IMG/VR virus record: IMGVR_UViG_3300035139_000059
Coordinates: 1 to 57,446 of that record
Source: a virus
Lineage: Duplodnaviria > Caudoviricetes
Strand: one strand, 5' to 3'
Length of the DNA: 57,446 nucleotides
The position numbers and the translations under genes are program-made. Below are positions 46,920-55,973 of the stretch, one piece after another (the stretch's first letter is position 1; every line of letters starts with the position of its first letter). The notes beneath the pieces were generated by a model, which saw only the letters and a program-made list of their open reading frames with translations, was not told the DNA's origin and did not search any database.

Positions 46920-48311
46920 ATGGCCAAATTAGCAATAAATGGTGGCGAGCCAATAAGAAAAAATTTATTACCAGCTCAAGAAACTATAGGAAAAGAAGAA
47001 AAAAAGGCAGTTTTGAAAATTTTAGATAATAAATTATTATCGGGATATAGAGGTAATAGTTCTAGTGCTTTTTTAGGTGGGACAAAAGTACAAGAATTTG
47101 AAAAGTTTTTTGTTGACTATTTTGTTTTAGATAATTATTTAAATTATGGATTTACGGGAATTGCATCAAATAGTTGCACATCTTCTTTAATTATGGCATG
47201 TGGAGCAATTGGATTAGAGCCTGGGGATGAAGTTATTGTAACTCCCTGGTCAATGAGTTGTTCCGCATCGGCTCCTTTGTGGTATGGGGCTATACCTGTT
47301 TTTGCTGATATAGAAGAGGATTATTTTTGTCTTGATCCAAAATCAATAAAAGAAAAAATAACAGATAAAACAAGAGCGATTATTGTTGTTGATCTTTTCG
47401 GTCAACCTTTTAATCCGGAAATTATAGATATAGCCAAAAAACATAATTTATATATAATTGAGGATGCTGCGCAAGCAATTGGGTCTAAATATGGAAATAT
47501 ATACGCTGGTTTTTTAGGGGATATAGGTTGTTTTAGTTTTACACAAGGGAAACATTTAACTGCCGGAGAAGGTGGAATCAGTGTATCTAAAAATTTAGAT
47601 TTAGTACATAGGATGAGATTGATCAGAAATCATGCTGAGGCGGTTATTTCTGACATAAACGACAAATATGGACTTACTAAATTTTTTGTTTCTGCTAATG
47701 TATTGTCAAATGGCGAAAAAATGAGAATTGATTTGGCTAGATGTATTTTAGAAGAAAAAGAATTAATTGTTTTTGATGAATTTACCTCCGTCTTAGGGGC
47801 TAATTTCAGATTAACAGAAATACAAGCAGCTATTATGATAGAACAATTAAAAAAACTAAGAGATTTTGCATATAGGCGAACAGAGAATGTATTTTATTTT
47901 AATGAGGCTCTAAGTAAGATTCCTTGTATTTCAACAACAAAAATAAGAAAAAATTGCACCCATTCTTATTATGTGCAAGCATTTAAATTTGATAATAATT
48001 ATGATGTACATAGAGATAAATTTATTGAAGCTGTAAAAGCTGAATTAAAACCACAAAAAGGACGTGCTGATTTAGGTGTTGCGATTGGTTGTGGATATAC
48101 AAAACCTTTATATTTAACTCCATTATATCAAAAAAAAATGCATTGGGCTTTAAAAAATACAGATTATAATTTCAGTTTGCCAGTTGTAGAGAAATTATGG
48201 AAAGACGATTTATTTTTATGGACATTGCAGGGCTTGTCTTTAAATGATAAAGACAGAAAAGATATTGTTGATGCTTTTTATAAAGTTTGGGAAAATAGGG
48301 GTGAATTATAA
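46920..48311 (+). CDS. DegT/DnrJ/EryC1/StrS PLP-dependent sugar aminotransferase (PseC/SpsC-like role) with a 30-aa insertion
   Basis: LAINGG.P, GDEVIV, GAIPVFADI, IIEDAAQAIG, FSFTQGKHLTAGEGG (catalytic Lys) and G.NFRLTEIQAA. Confidence 0.93.
   Translation: MAKLAINGGEPIRKNLLPAQETIGKEEKKAVLKILDNKLLSGYRGNSSSAFLGGTKVQEFEKFFVDYFVLDNYLNYGFTGIASNSCTSSLIMACGAIGLEPGDEVIVTPWSMSCSASAPLWYGAIPVFADIEEDYFCLDPKSIKEKITDKTRAIIVVDLFGQPFNPEIIDIAKKHNLYIIEDAAQAIGSKYGNIYAGFLGDIGCFSFTQGKHLTAGEGGISVSKNLDLVHRMRLIRNHAEAVISDINDKYGLTKFFVSANVLSNGEKMRIDLARCILEEKELIVFDEFTSVLGANFRLTEIQAAIMIEQLKKLRDFAYRRTENVFYFNEALSKIPCISTTKIRKNCTHSYYVQAFKFDNNYDVHRDKFIEAVKAELKPQKGRADLGVAIGCGYTKPLYLTPLYQKKMHWALKNTDYNFSLPVVEKLWKDDLFLWTLQGLSLNDKDRKDIVDAFYKVWENRGEL
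47696..47791 (+). repeat. 96-bp exact copy of 4134-4229 (ABC signature to Walker B)
   Basis: Base-for-base identity. Both proteins contain NVLSNGEKMRIDLARCILEEKELIVFDEFTSV. Confidence 0.95.
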
Positions 48312-48964
48312 TGTTTATTTTAGATATGGGTTCTGGTAATTCGTGTGATAATCATTTCTCAACAATAAAAGAAATGATAGATTCTATCGCAGAAATAGAT
48401 AAAGATCGCAAGATTATCTTGAAATGGCAGCTTTTCAAAGAAGCTGGTAAAAATGTACCTTTAGATCATGACAGTTTTAGACAAGCATATGAATATGCAA
48501 AATATAAAGGTTTCAAGACAACAGCTAGTGTTTTTGATAAAGAAAGTTTAGATTTTTTATTAACTTTTGATATTCCTTTTGTCAAGATTGCGAATAATGA
48601 AAAATATTATTATCTTGTGAATGAAATACCGAGAGGTATTATAGCAATAATTAGTGCTGATTTTTATGATCTTAAGAAATTTCCTATTAGTTTCAGAGAT
48701 TTTTTTAATAATTTATTTATGCATTGTGTTCCTAAATATCCAGCCGAAATGGAAGATTATATAAAAACACAAAAAGGTCTTCCGCATTTGTTTTTAACGG
48801 CTGGAATTTCTGATCATACAACAAACTGGGATTTATATAGAAAATATAAACCTAAAATATACGAATGTCATTATGTTTTAAAGCATAATAAAAATAATTT
48901 AGATGGGGGTTTATTTGCTAGAACACCAGAAATGCTGGAGGAAATTATTGATGAAATTGAATAA
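48311..48964 (+). CDS. NeuB-family nonulosonic acid synthase (PseI/SpsE-like), short form lacking the SAF domain
   Basis: KWQLF, ASVFD.ESLDFL..PFVKIA, MHCVPKYPA, GISDHT and ECHY.L. Confidence 0.85.
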   Translation: MFILDMGSGNSCDNHFSTIKEMIDSIAEIDKDRKIILKWQLFKEAGKNVPLDHDSFRQAYEYAKYKGFKTTASVFDKESLDFLLTFDIPFVKIANNEKYYYLVNEIPRGIIAIISADFYDLKKFPISFRDFFNNLFMHCVPKYPAEMEDYIKTQKGLPHLFLTAGISDHTTNWDLYRKYKPKIYECHYVLKHNKNNLDGGLFARTPEMLEEIIDEIE

Positions 48965-49736
48965 TGTTGGCGCAATAATCCCAGTTAGATTTAATTCTAA
49001 AAGATTGCCTGGTAAAGTTTTATTGCCAATTGCAGGGAAGATAAATATTGAAAGAATAATTGAACGATTATTTTTATCGGTATATATAAAAAAAGTGGTT
49101 TTAGCAATACCTGAAAATGATACAAACGAAATATTAGATTGGTATGAGAATTGGCAATACAAAAATAAAAGAAAAAAAATAAAAATATATATAGGAGCTA
49201 ATAATAATTTAATTGGAAGATGTTTAAAGGCAGCAGAAAAAGAAAATCTTGATATAATAATTGATTTAAGCCAAGATTTATGTTTTGTTGATCCTGCTAT
49301 AGTAGATATATTGGTTTTTAGATTAAAAAAATATAATGCTGATTATTCATCTAATGTTTGCACAAGATCATTTCCGGATGGTTTTGATGTACAAGTTTAT
49401 ACAAAAGATATTTATAAAAAAATATATTCTATAATCCCTAAAAATCATTTTAGTAAAAAATGGACTGGATGGAATATTTTTTATTGGCGACATGATTTTG
49501 ATCCACAGCCACGAATAATAAATTTTGAAGCACAATCAAAATATTATTTTCCTCATTGGAGATTATGTTTAGATACAATAGAAGATCAAAAAATAATTGA
49601 AAATATTTATTTAAATGCATCTAAAAGTAAAACATATTTATGTTATCAGGATATAATTAAGTATATTTTGTCTAATAAAAATATTTTAAATAAGAATAAA
49701 AATATTAAATCAACTAAATTAGAAAAGGAAAGATAA
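48951..49736 (+). CDS. SpsF-like cytidylyltransferase-family protein (copy 2; probable start ATG 48951)
   Basis: IIPVRFNSKRLPGKVL, D.CFVDP, SFPDGFDVQV and RLCLDTIED, with a GGAGG RBS. Confidence 0.87.
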   Translation: MKLNNVGAIIPVRFNSKRLPGKVLLPIAGKINIERIIERLFLSVYIKKVVLAIPENDTNEILDWYENWQYKNKRKKIKIYIGANNNLIGRCLKAAEKENLDIIIDLSQDLCFVDPAIVDILVFRLKKYNADYSSNVCTRSFPDGFDVQVYTKDIYKKIYSIIPKNHFSKKWTGWNIFYWRHDFDPQPRIINFEAQSKYYFPHWRLCLDTIEDQKIIENIYLNASKSKTYLCYQDIIKYILSNKNILNKNKNIKSTKLEKER

Positions 49737-50438
49737 ATGTTATTAGGATTTTCGACAGGGTCGAGTTATAAATTTTTAGATTTAAAAAATAATGATGAGG
49801 CAAATTCTATAATTTATTTCTTTCGATTGTTGCGGGAAAATATTGATTTTAATTGTTTAGAAATAATATTGACTGAGGAAATAATAAATACATTTTTTAA
49901 AATTTCAGAACAAAATTTTGAATGGTTAAAAAGTTTAGATTATTTATCTTTTCATCTGATAAATGAAAAATATAATAATGAAAAAGTTTTTAAACTTTTC
50001 AATAATATTAATTATAAAATAATATGTCATTCAGACGAATATTTTTTATTATCTAAAAATTTTAGAGGTAAATATACAAAAAACATTTTATTAGAAAATA
50101 TAGATTATGATAAAATAGAGTATGGGCACGATTATGATTTATGTTTTGATATCGCTCATGCCGAAACAATAGGGAAAGTCAGAAGTTATTATAATGAATA
50201 TTTTGATAATATAAAAGAAATTCATTTTTCTAAGCATATTAAAACAAAAGTCGTAAATTCTGATAAAAAAATTATTACTGAACATCATTTACCAATTGTA
50301 AGATTTGACAAAATAGAAGAATTAAAAATTTTAAAAGATTGTAAAATTCCTGTTATAATTGAAGGGGGTTGCGATTCTTGTTTAGAAATGATAAATGAAT
50401 TTTATTATATAAAAAAGTATATAAAAGGAAAAAAATGA
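49737..50438 (+). CDS. AP-endonuclease-2 / sugar-phosphate isomerase-like TIM-barrel metalloenzyme
   Basis: GFST, LE, SFH, LLENID, CFDIAHA, EIHFS, H.P and IIE metal-ligand pattern. Confidence 0.7.
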   Translation: MLLGFSTGSSYKFLDLKNNDEANSIIYFFRLLRENIDFNCLEIILTEEIINTFFKISEQNFEWLKSLDYLSFHLINEKYNNEKVFKLFNNINYKIICHSDEYFLLSKNFRGKYTKNILLENIDYDKIEYGHDYDLCFDIAHAETIGKVRSYYNEYFDNIKEIHFSKHIKTKVVNSDKKIITEHHLPIVRFDKIEELKILKDCKIPVIIEGGCDSCLEMINEFYYIKKYIKGKK

Positions 50439-51394
50439 AGATGAATTATTTTAAAGGCAAAGAAATACTTATTATAGGTGGTACGGGCAGTTTAGGGACT
50501 AATTTATTTGATTATTTAATCAAAAATTATGAACCTCGTGGGATTAGGATTTTTTCACGAGACGAATTAAAACAATGGGAATTACAAAAAAAAATAAAAA
50601 CAAAAATTCCCGTGGTTTATATTTTAGGGGATATTAGGGATTTCAAAGCCATTTGCAGGGCAATGAATAGAGTTGATATTGTAATAAATGCTGCTGCTTT
50701 AAAACAAGTCGGCGCCTGTGAAAATAATGTATACGAAGCTATTAATACAAATATAATAGGGTCTCGAAATGTTGTGGATGCTGCTATTAATAATAAAGTT
50801 GCATATGTTATGCATTTATCTACAGATAAAGCCGTTGAATCTATAAATCTATATGGTAAAACAAAGGCAGTAGCTGATAGTATTTTTTTATTTGGCAATA
50901 CGCTATCTGGTTCTCGAACAAAATTTAATATATGCAGATATGGTAATGTTTTAGGTTCTCGGGGTTCTGTTATTGAATTGTTTATAAAACAATCAAAAGA
51001 AAAAGGTGAAATTACAATTACAGATAAAAAAATGACAAGATTTTGGATAACACTAGATAGAATTGTTAAATTTATTTGTAATAAAATAGAAAATTATAAT
51101 GATTCATCCGGAAATATTTTTATTCCTGAAATATATTCATGCAGAATAATTGATTTAATACAAATTATGAAAGATTTTGGTATTATTAATAAAAATATAA
51201 GAAAAAAAGTGATAGGAATACAAAAAGGTGAAAAATTGCATGAATGTTTATTATCTAATAAACAAATAAACAATATATGTATATTAGATAATTTTGAAAA
51301 TATTAAAGAAATGTATAGCGATAAAATGATAGACAATAAATGTATAATTGAAATTAAAAAATATTTAAGAGATAAATTTTTAAAAATATTATAA
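50435..51394 (+). CDS. pseB: UDP-GlcNAc 4,6-dehydratase, PseB/FlaA1-like
   Basis: GGTGSLG, IFSRDELKQ, AALKQV..CE, STDKAV..NLYGKTK, RYGNVLGSRGSVI, MTRFWI and GEKLHE. Confidence 0.88.
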   Translation: MKMNYFKGKEILIIGGTGSLGTNLFDYLIKNYEPRGIRIFSRDELKQWELQKKIKTKIPVVYILGDIRDFKAICRAMNRVDIVINAAALKQVGACENNVYEAINTNIIGSRNVVDAAINNKVAYVMHLSTDKAVESINLYGKTKAVADSIFLFGNTLSGSRTKFNICRYGNVLGSRGSVIELFIKQSKEKGEITITDKKMTRFWITLDRIVKFICNKIENYNDSSGNIFIPEIYSCRIIDLIQIMKDFGIINKNIRKKVIGIQKGEKLHECLLSNKQINNICILDNFENIKEMYSDKMIDNKCIIEIKKYLRDKFLKIL

Positions 51395-51406
51395 AAAGGT
51401 ATTAAT

Positions 51407-52063
51407 ATGAAAATATTATATAAAACAGATAGATTATTAATTTGTAAATTTGATAGAGATTTTTTAAAAGAGGTAAAAAGTAACTATCAAGATTGGTTCT
51501 ATGATGAAGAAATAACAAAAAATAATCATCATGGATTATTCCCATACGGGAAAAAAGAATTTGAAAATTATCTTGATATGTGTGAGACATGTAAAAAAGA
51601 TATTGTTTTTGCTATAGTAGTACGTAAATTTGAAGAAGGATATTGGTTTTCTGATGAAGAAATACCGATACATTTAATTCATATTGGCAATATATCATTG
51701 CAAAGAATAAATCAAATTTATAGATCGGCAGAATTTGCTATTGTTATGGATAATAAATATCACAATCAGGGTTATGCAACTGAAGCATTAAAAAAATTAT
51801 TAGAACATGGATTTAAAAAATTAAATTTGCATAGAATATGGTCTGGGACTGCTGAAACTAATATTGGCATGTTAAAAGTTTTTGAAAAATTAGAAATGCA
51901 ACAAGAAGGGGTTTTTAGAGAAGCAATGTTTATAAATGGTAATTATAGAAATATTTTATGTTATTCTATTTTAGAAAATGAATATTATAAAAAATATTGT
52001 TTAAATGAAAATGAATTTTGTAAAAGTGCAAAAAAAATATTAAGTTATGGGAAAAAAAAATGA
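51407..52063 (+). CDS. RimJ/RimL-type GNAT N-acetyltransferase (PseH-like role)
   Basis: HIGNISL..I..RSAE, GYATEA, LNLHRI..N..KLEM..EG.FR. Confidence 0.85.
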   Translation: MKILYKTDRLLICKFDRDFLKEVKSNYQDWFYDEEITKNNHHGLFPYGKKEFENYLDMCETCKKDIVFAIVVRKFEEGYWFSDEEIPIHLIHIGNISLQRINQIYRSAEFAIVMDNKYHNQGYATEALKKLLEHGFKKLNLHRIWSGTAETNIGMLKVFEKLEMQQEGVFREAMFINGNYRNILCYSILENEYYKKYCLNENEFCKSAKKILSYGKKK

Positions 52064-52251
52064 ATGATGATAAAATAATTAATAAAATTAGTCAAATCCG
52101 TAAAAATAATAATAAACTCTGGATGAATATATTAAAAATAGCTTTTAAAAAAGATGAAAAAAAAGCAAGAAAAATATTAAGGGATATTGTTGTAAATGAT
52201 AGTAAAATCACAGAATTATGTAAAATTTTATGCAATAAGGAATCAAAATGA
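52060..52251 (+). CDS. Small helical protein coupled to the acetyltransferase
   Basis: ATGA overlap and IRKNNNKLWM.IL.IAF. Confidence 0.65.
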   Translation: MNDDKIINKISQIRKNNNKLWMNILKIAFKKDEKKARKILRDIVVNDSKITELCKILCNKESK

Positions 52252-52275
52252 AATTTTTTAATTAAAGGATTTAAA

Positions 52276-54873
52276 ATGAAAGATTATTTAAATAAAAATT
52301 TAAGTTATATACAAAATAACAAAATAGTTAAAAATATAAAAGAGAGCAATTTGCCTGAATGGTTAGAAATAAAGGATAATAATTTATTAATAAAAAAAAG
52401 AAATAGAGTAGTTGCTGCTTATCCAGATAACATTAAAGATGAAATGGCACAAATCAATAAACAAAAAATATTTTATTCTGATAGTTGTACAGTTTTAATT
52501 GGTGCTGGATTAGGATATTTAGTTGAAGCTATTTTTAAAAGTGCTGATTTTGATCATAAAATAATTTTAATTGATCCAATAATAGGATTAATAAAAGAAA
52601 CTCTTAAAAAAAATGATTTTTCAAAATATATTAAAAAAAATCAATTATTTTTTGTATTTTCTAAAGATGAAGTTGTTCAAGCTGTTGCAGAAATTGAAGG
52701 AATTTTTGTTATTCAAAATTGGTTAATTTTTACAGAAAAATATACATTGCATTTAGAAGAATATTCAGAAATAATTCCGCATGTTATTGAAGTTATAAAT
52801 CAGGAAAGATGTAATGTGGGCACTGTTGCTGGCGCAGGAAGTATTATTGCTGAAAATGATATAAAGAATCTTCCGTTTTGTATTAGGCATCGTGGTATTA
52901 ATGAATTAAAAAATTTTTATAAAGGCAAACCAGCTATATTAATAGCGACTGGCCCTTCAATTCAAAACAATATCCATCTTTTGAGGAAAATACAAAATAA
53001 AGCTATAATTATAACAGTCGCGCAGGCATTAAGAATGTTATTAGCGTATGATATAAAACCTGATTTTATTACTACAGTTGATTATGGCGAAGTAAATTAT
53101 GAGCATTTTAAAGGGTTAATGGATATAAATTTGCCTTTAGTTTGTTTAAATAGAACATACGCGAAGATATTAAAAGAGTGGGAAGGGCCTAAATTTGTAA
53201 CAACTTCTCCACAACCTGGAAGTGAAAATTCTGCGATTGGATATTTATATAAAAAAGGTGCTTTAGAATCAGGGGGTAGTGTTGTACATTTATCTTTTCA
53301 ATTAGCAAAACATTTAGGTTGCAATCCTATTATATTTTTGGGGCATAGTTTTAGTTTTGGAAAAGGATTATCACATACATTACAAGTAGACGCAGGCGGG
53401 AAAATTGAAACAGAAAATGGAGTTGTTAAATGGAAAATTTTAGACCCTAAGAGTTCCTTAAAAGGAAAAGATTATACACAAGGGAATAGTGTATATCTTC
53501 CTGGCATTTTGGGGGAAGATGTATTAACAAATGTAGGACTTATGAGTTTTGTAACCTCGATGGAAAGAATGATAAAAGTTCATGAAGGGACAGTAATAAA
53601 TGCTTCTGAGGACGGTGTTGCGATAAAAGGTTGTCGTAATTTAACGTTAAAAAAAGTAATAGAAAATTATTTACAAGAAAATATAAATAAATCAAAAATA
53701 AAAAAATTATATTCTTTATCTGATAATTGGGAAAATGATATAAAAAATATAATTGAATTATTAAAAAAAGATATAAAAATATTAAATAAAATTATTGATA
53801 ATTCTAAAAAAGGAGAAAAAGCAGCAAAAGAATTATTAAAAAAATATCTTACAAAAGAAGAATATTACTATAATATAAAAGAAAATGAGAAATATGCAAA
53901 AAAAGCACATTTTTATGCGAAACAAAACGCTTTGATAGGACTTGCAATATATGCTGAGTCAAGATTAATTCATAATAGAAGATATAAATTAAATTTAAAT
54001 AAAAATTATAAGAATTCTTTAGAAAGAAAAAAAGATGTAAATAAAAAATTTTGGAATGATTTTAATGAGAGAGAAAAAGGTGCTGAAAAAAGTATTTTGA
54101 TTTTGGAAGCTGCTAAAAAAGCAGCTAAAAAGTTAAAAATAATGTATAAAGATGTTTTAAATTTATTTGAAAAATATTTAATAACAAAAGATGAAAATTT
54201 ATTTGTGTCTAAAGAAAATTATAAAGTAGATATAAATTCGTTTGATAAATATCTTGATGTTGGGAATTGGACACACCCATATATTGATTTAAAAAAAATA
54301 TCAGTTCATCAAATTATAAACGAAAACGTTTGGGATTATTATAAAAGAATAAAAAAAGTAAAAAAAGAAGAATTGGAAAAATCAGAAAAAAATTATGATA
54401 AAATTGCAGATGAAAAGCAAAAATTACTTGATTTTTTATTTTATATAAAAGAAGCTCATAAATTAGGAAGAGAAAAAAAAGATTTTTATGGTGCAATTGA
54501 TAAACTAGAGAAAGCTGTTAAATTAATGCCAAAACGAATTGAAGGGCGATGGGGATTAGCTTCTGCTAATTTTTATGTTGGTAATATAGAAAAAGCTAAA
54601 AAATTGTTTGAAAAATTATGTAGTGATTTTGGAGATAGAAATCCTAGGATGTTTTTTGAATATGGAGTAATTTTATTAAATTATGATATTCAAGAAGGTA
54701 TCAAATATATCAAAAAAGCAATGGATTTTAACAATGAATTTGATTATTTTTTTAAAGAATTAGGAAATTTATATGGTCAAATGGGTAATTATAAAATGGC
54801 TAAAGATGCATATTTAAAATATAAAGAATCTTATCCGGATGATTATACAGTAGATTGTTATTTAGATAAATAA
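52276..54873 (+). CDS. Maf-type (MAF_flag10/DUF115) nonulosonate glycosyltransferase with C-terminal TPR repeats
   Basis: N-terminal G.GLGY region, EN.KN, KGKPAILIATGPS, IKPDF..VD, GGSV.H..A..LGCNPIIFLG..SF and VINASE.G..I.G. About 3-4 TPR units lie at the C-terminus. Confidence 0.85.
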   Translation: MKDYLNKNLSYIQNNKIVKNIKESNLPEWLEIKDNNLLIKKRNRVVAAYPDNIKDEMAQINKQKIFYSDSCTVLIGAGLGYLVEAIFKSADFDHKIILIDPIIGLIKETLKKNDFSKYIKKNQLFFVFSKDEVVQAVAEIEGIFVIQNWLIFTEKYTLHLEEYSEIIPHVIEVINQERCNVGTVAGAGSIIAENDIKNLPFCIRHRGINELKNFYKGKPAILIATGPSIQNNIHLLRKIQNKAIIITVAQALRMLLAYDIKPDFITTVDYGEVNYEHFKGLMDINLPLVCLNRTYAKILKEWEGPKFVTTSPQPGSENSAIGYLYKKGALESGGSVVHLSFQLAKHLGCNPIIFLGHSFSFGKGLSHTLQVDAGGKIETENGVVKWKILDPKSSLKGKDYTQGNSVYLPGILGEDVLTNVGLMSFVTSMERMIKVHEGTVINASEDGVAIKGCRNLTLKKVIENYLQENINKSKIKKLYSLSDNWENDIKNIIELLKKDIKILNKIIDNSKKGEKAAKELLKKYLTKEEYYYNIKENEKYAKKAHFYAKQNALIGLAIYAESRLIHNRRYKLNLNKNYKNSLERKKDVNKKFWNDFNEREKGAEKSILILEAAKKAAKKLKIMYKDVLNLFEKYLITKDENLFVSKENYKVDINSFDKYLDVGNWTHPYIDLKKISVHQIINENVWDYYKRIKKVKKEELEKSEKNYDKIADEKQKLLDFLFYIKEAHKLGREKKDFYGAIDKLEKAVKLMPKRIEGRWGLASANFYVGNIEKAKKLFEKLCSDFGDRNPRMFFEYGVILLNYDIQEGIKYIKKAMDFNNEFDYFFKELGNLYGQMGNYKMAKDAYLKYKESYPDDYTVDCYLDK

Positions 54874-55033
54874 GAGATAAAAAATGAAAAGGGTTTTTAT
54901 AAAAATATTTAACAAAATTAAACCATTTGGATTTTTTTTAAAAGAATATAGAGAAATAAAAAAATGTATTATGAAAAATTATGTAGTTGTAACAACAGAC
55001 AAATTATAGAAGTTTTAAATGAAAAATAACTTT

Positions 55034-55147
55034 AAAATAAAAATTATAAAACATTTTTATAAAATTATTTATAAAAAAAAAAAAAATAATTGACAAAATT
55101 ATAATAATTTAATATGTTATATATAGAAATTATAAAAGGCTTCGACC
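55034..55147 (+). promoter_or_regulatory. 114-bp repeated sigma70 promoter element, copy 3 (4 mismatches)
   Basis: TTGACA 55090-55095, a 17-bp spacer and TATGTT, with the same A14 tract. Confidence 0.85.
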
Positions 55148-55167
55148 GAGGAAAAGGAGAAAAATAA

Positions 55168-55830
55168 ATGCAGCTTTATAAATATCAAATAGAATCAATT
55201 AAAAATATTTATAAAAAAAATAATTGGGAAATTCAAGAATTTAATTTGTTTAATATAAGAGCTTTAGAAAATTTAAGAAAAGATGTTTTCAATGATTTAT
55301 CAGGGTTTTGGACAAATGAAGTAGGTTATTTATTTCAATCGACTACTGATCCGGGGAAAAAATGTATAAATAAAAAAGGGCCAGGTAACGGCGCATTATT
55401 TTTAAAATCAGGTTTTCATCCAGAAAGCTTATGTATAGATTTGCATAATCGAAGAATAAAAAGTGCTTTTTGTTCTCGTCCTACAAGACGTTATTCTGAT
55501 GGGAAGTGGGCTGGATGCAAGCCTCAGACAATAATTAGAGATTCAGATGCAGATTTTGATATAAAAGATAACGAAAAAGAATATATCGGGCATTTTGGCG
55601 CAAATATGCATCATGCATCAAGATGGATATTAAAAAAAATTGGATTATATGGAGAAGGATGTCGAGTATTATTGATTTGGGATGAAATGGAATTTATGTT
55701 AAAAGCTGCTAAAATGACTGACATGTATAGAAAAACATCAAAAGTCACGTTATTTTCGGAAGCTCTTTTTGAATTAGGGAAATATAACGAAATAAATAAT
55801 ATTTATAGAGGTTTTGAACAATGGAAATAA
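55168..55830 (+). CDS. Putative cell-wall enzyme / endolysin candidate with a YkuD-like His-Cys motif
   Basis: NLFNIR..FND..TTDPG..G.NMH..IG.YGEGC.V. The His-x16-Cys spacing resembles L,D-transpeptidase-like active sites. Confidence 0.5.
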   Translation: MQLYKYQIESIKNIYKKNNWEIQEFNLFNIRALENLRKDVFNDLSGFWTNEVGYLFQSTTDPGKKCINKKGPGNGALFLKSGFHPESLCIDLHNRRIKSAFCSRPTRRYSDGKWAGCKPQTIIRDSDADFDIKDNEKEYIGHFGANMHHASRWILKKIGLYGEGCRVLLIWDEMEFMLKAAKMTDMYRKTSKVTLFSEALFELGKYNEINNIYRGFEQWK

Positions 55831-55973
55831 AAAAAAAATTCCTTGCGAAATTTGGTCACGAATAGTAGGATATTTTCGTGGGACAGATACCTGGAATAAA
55901 GGTAAAAAACAAGAATTTGAAGAAAGAAAACAAATCAATTGGAAAAAAATAAAATTTAAAAAGGAGAAATTAA

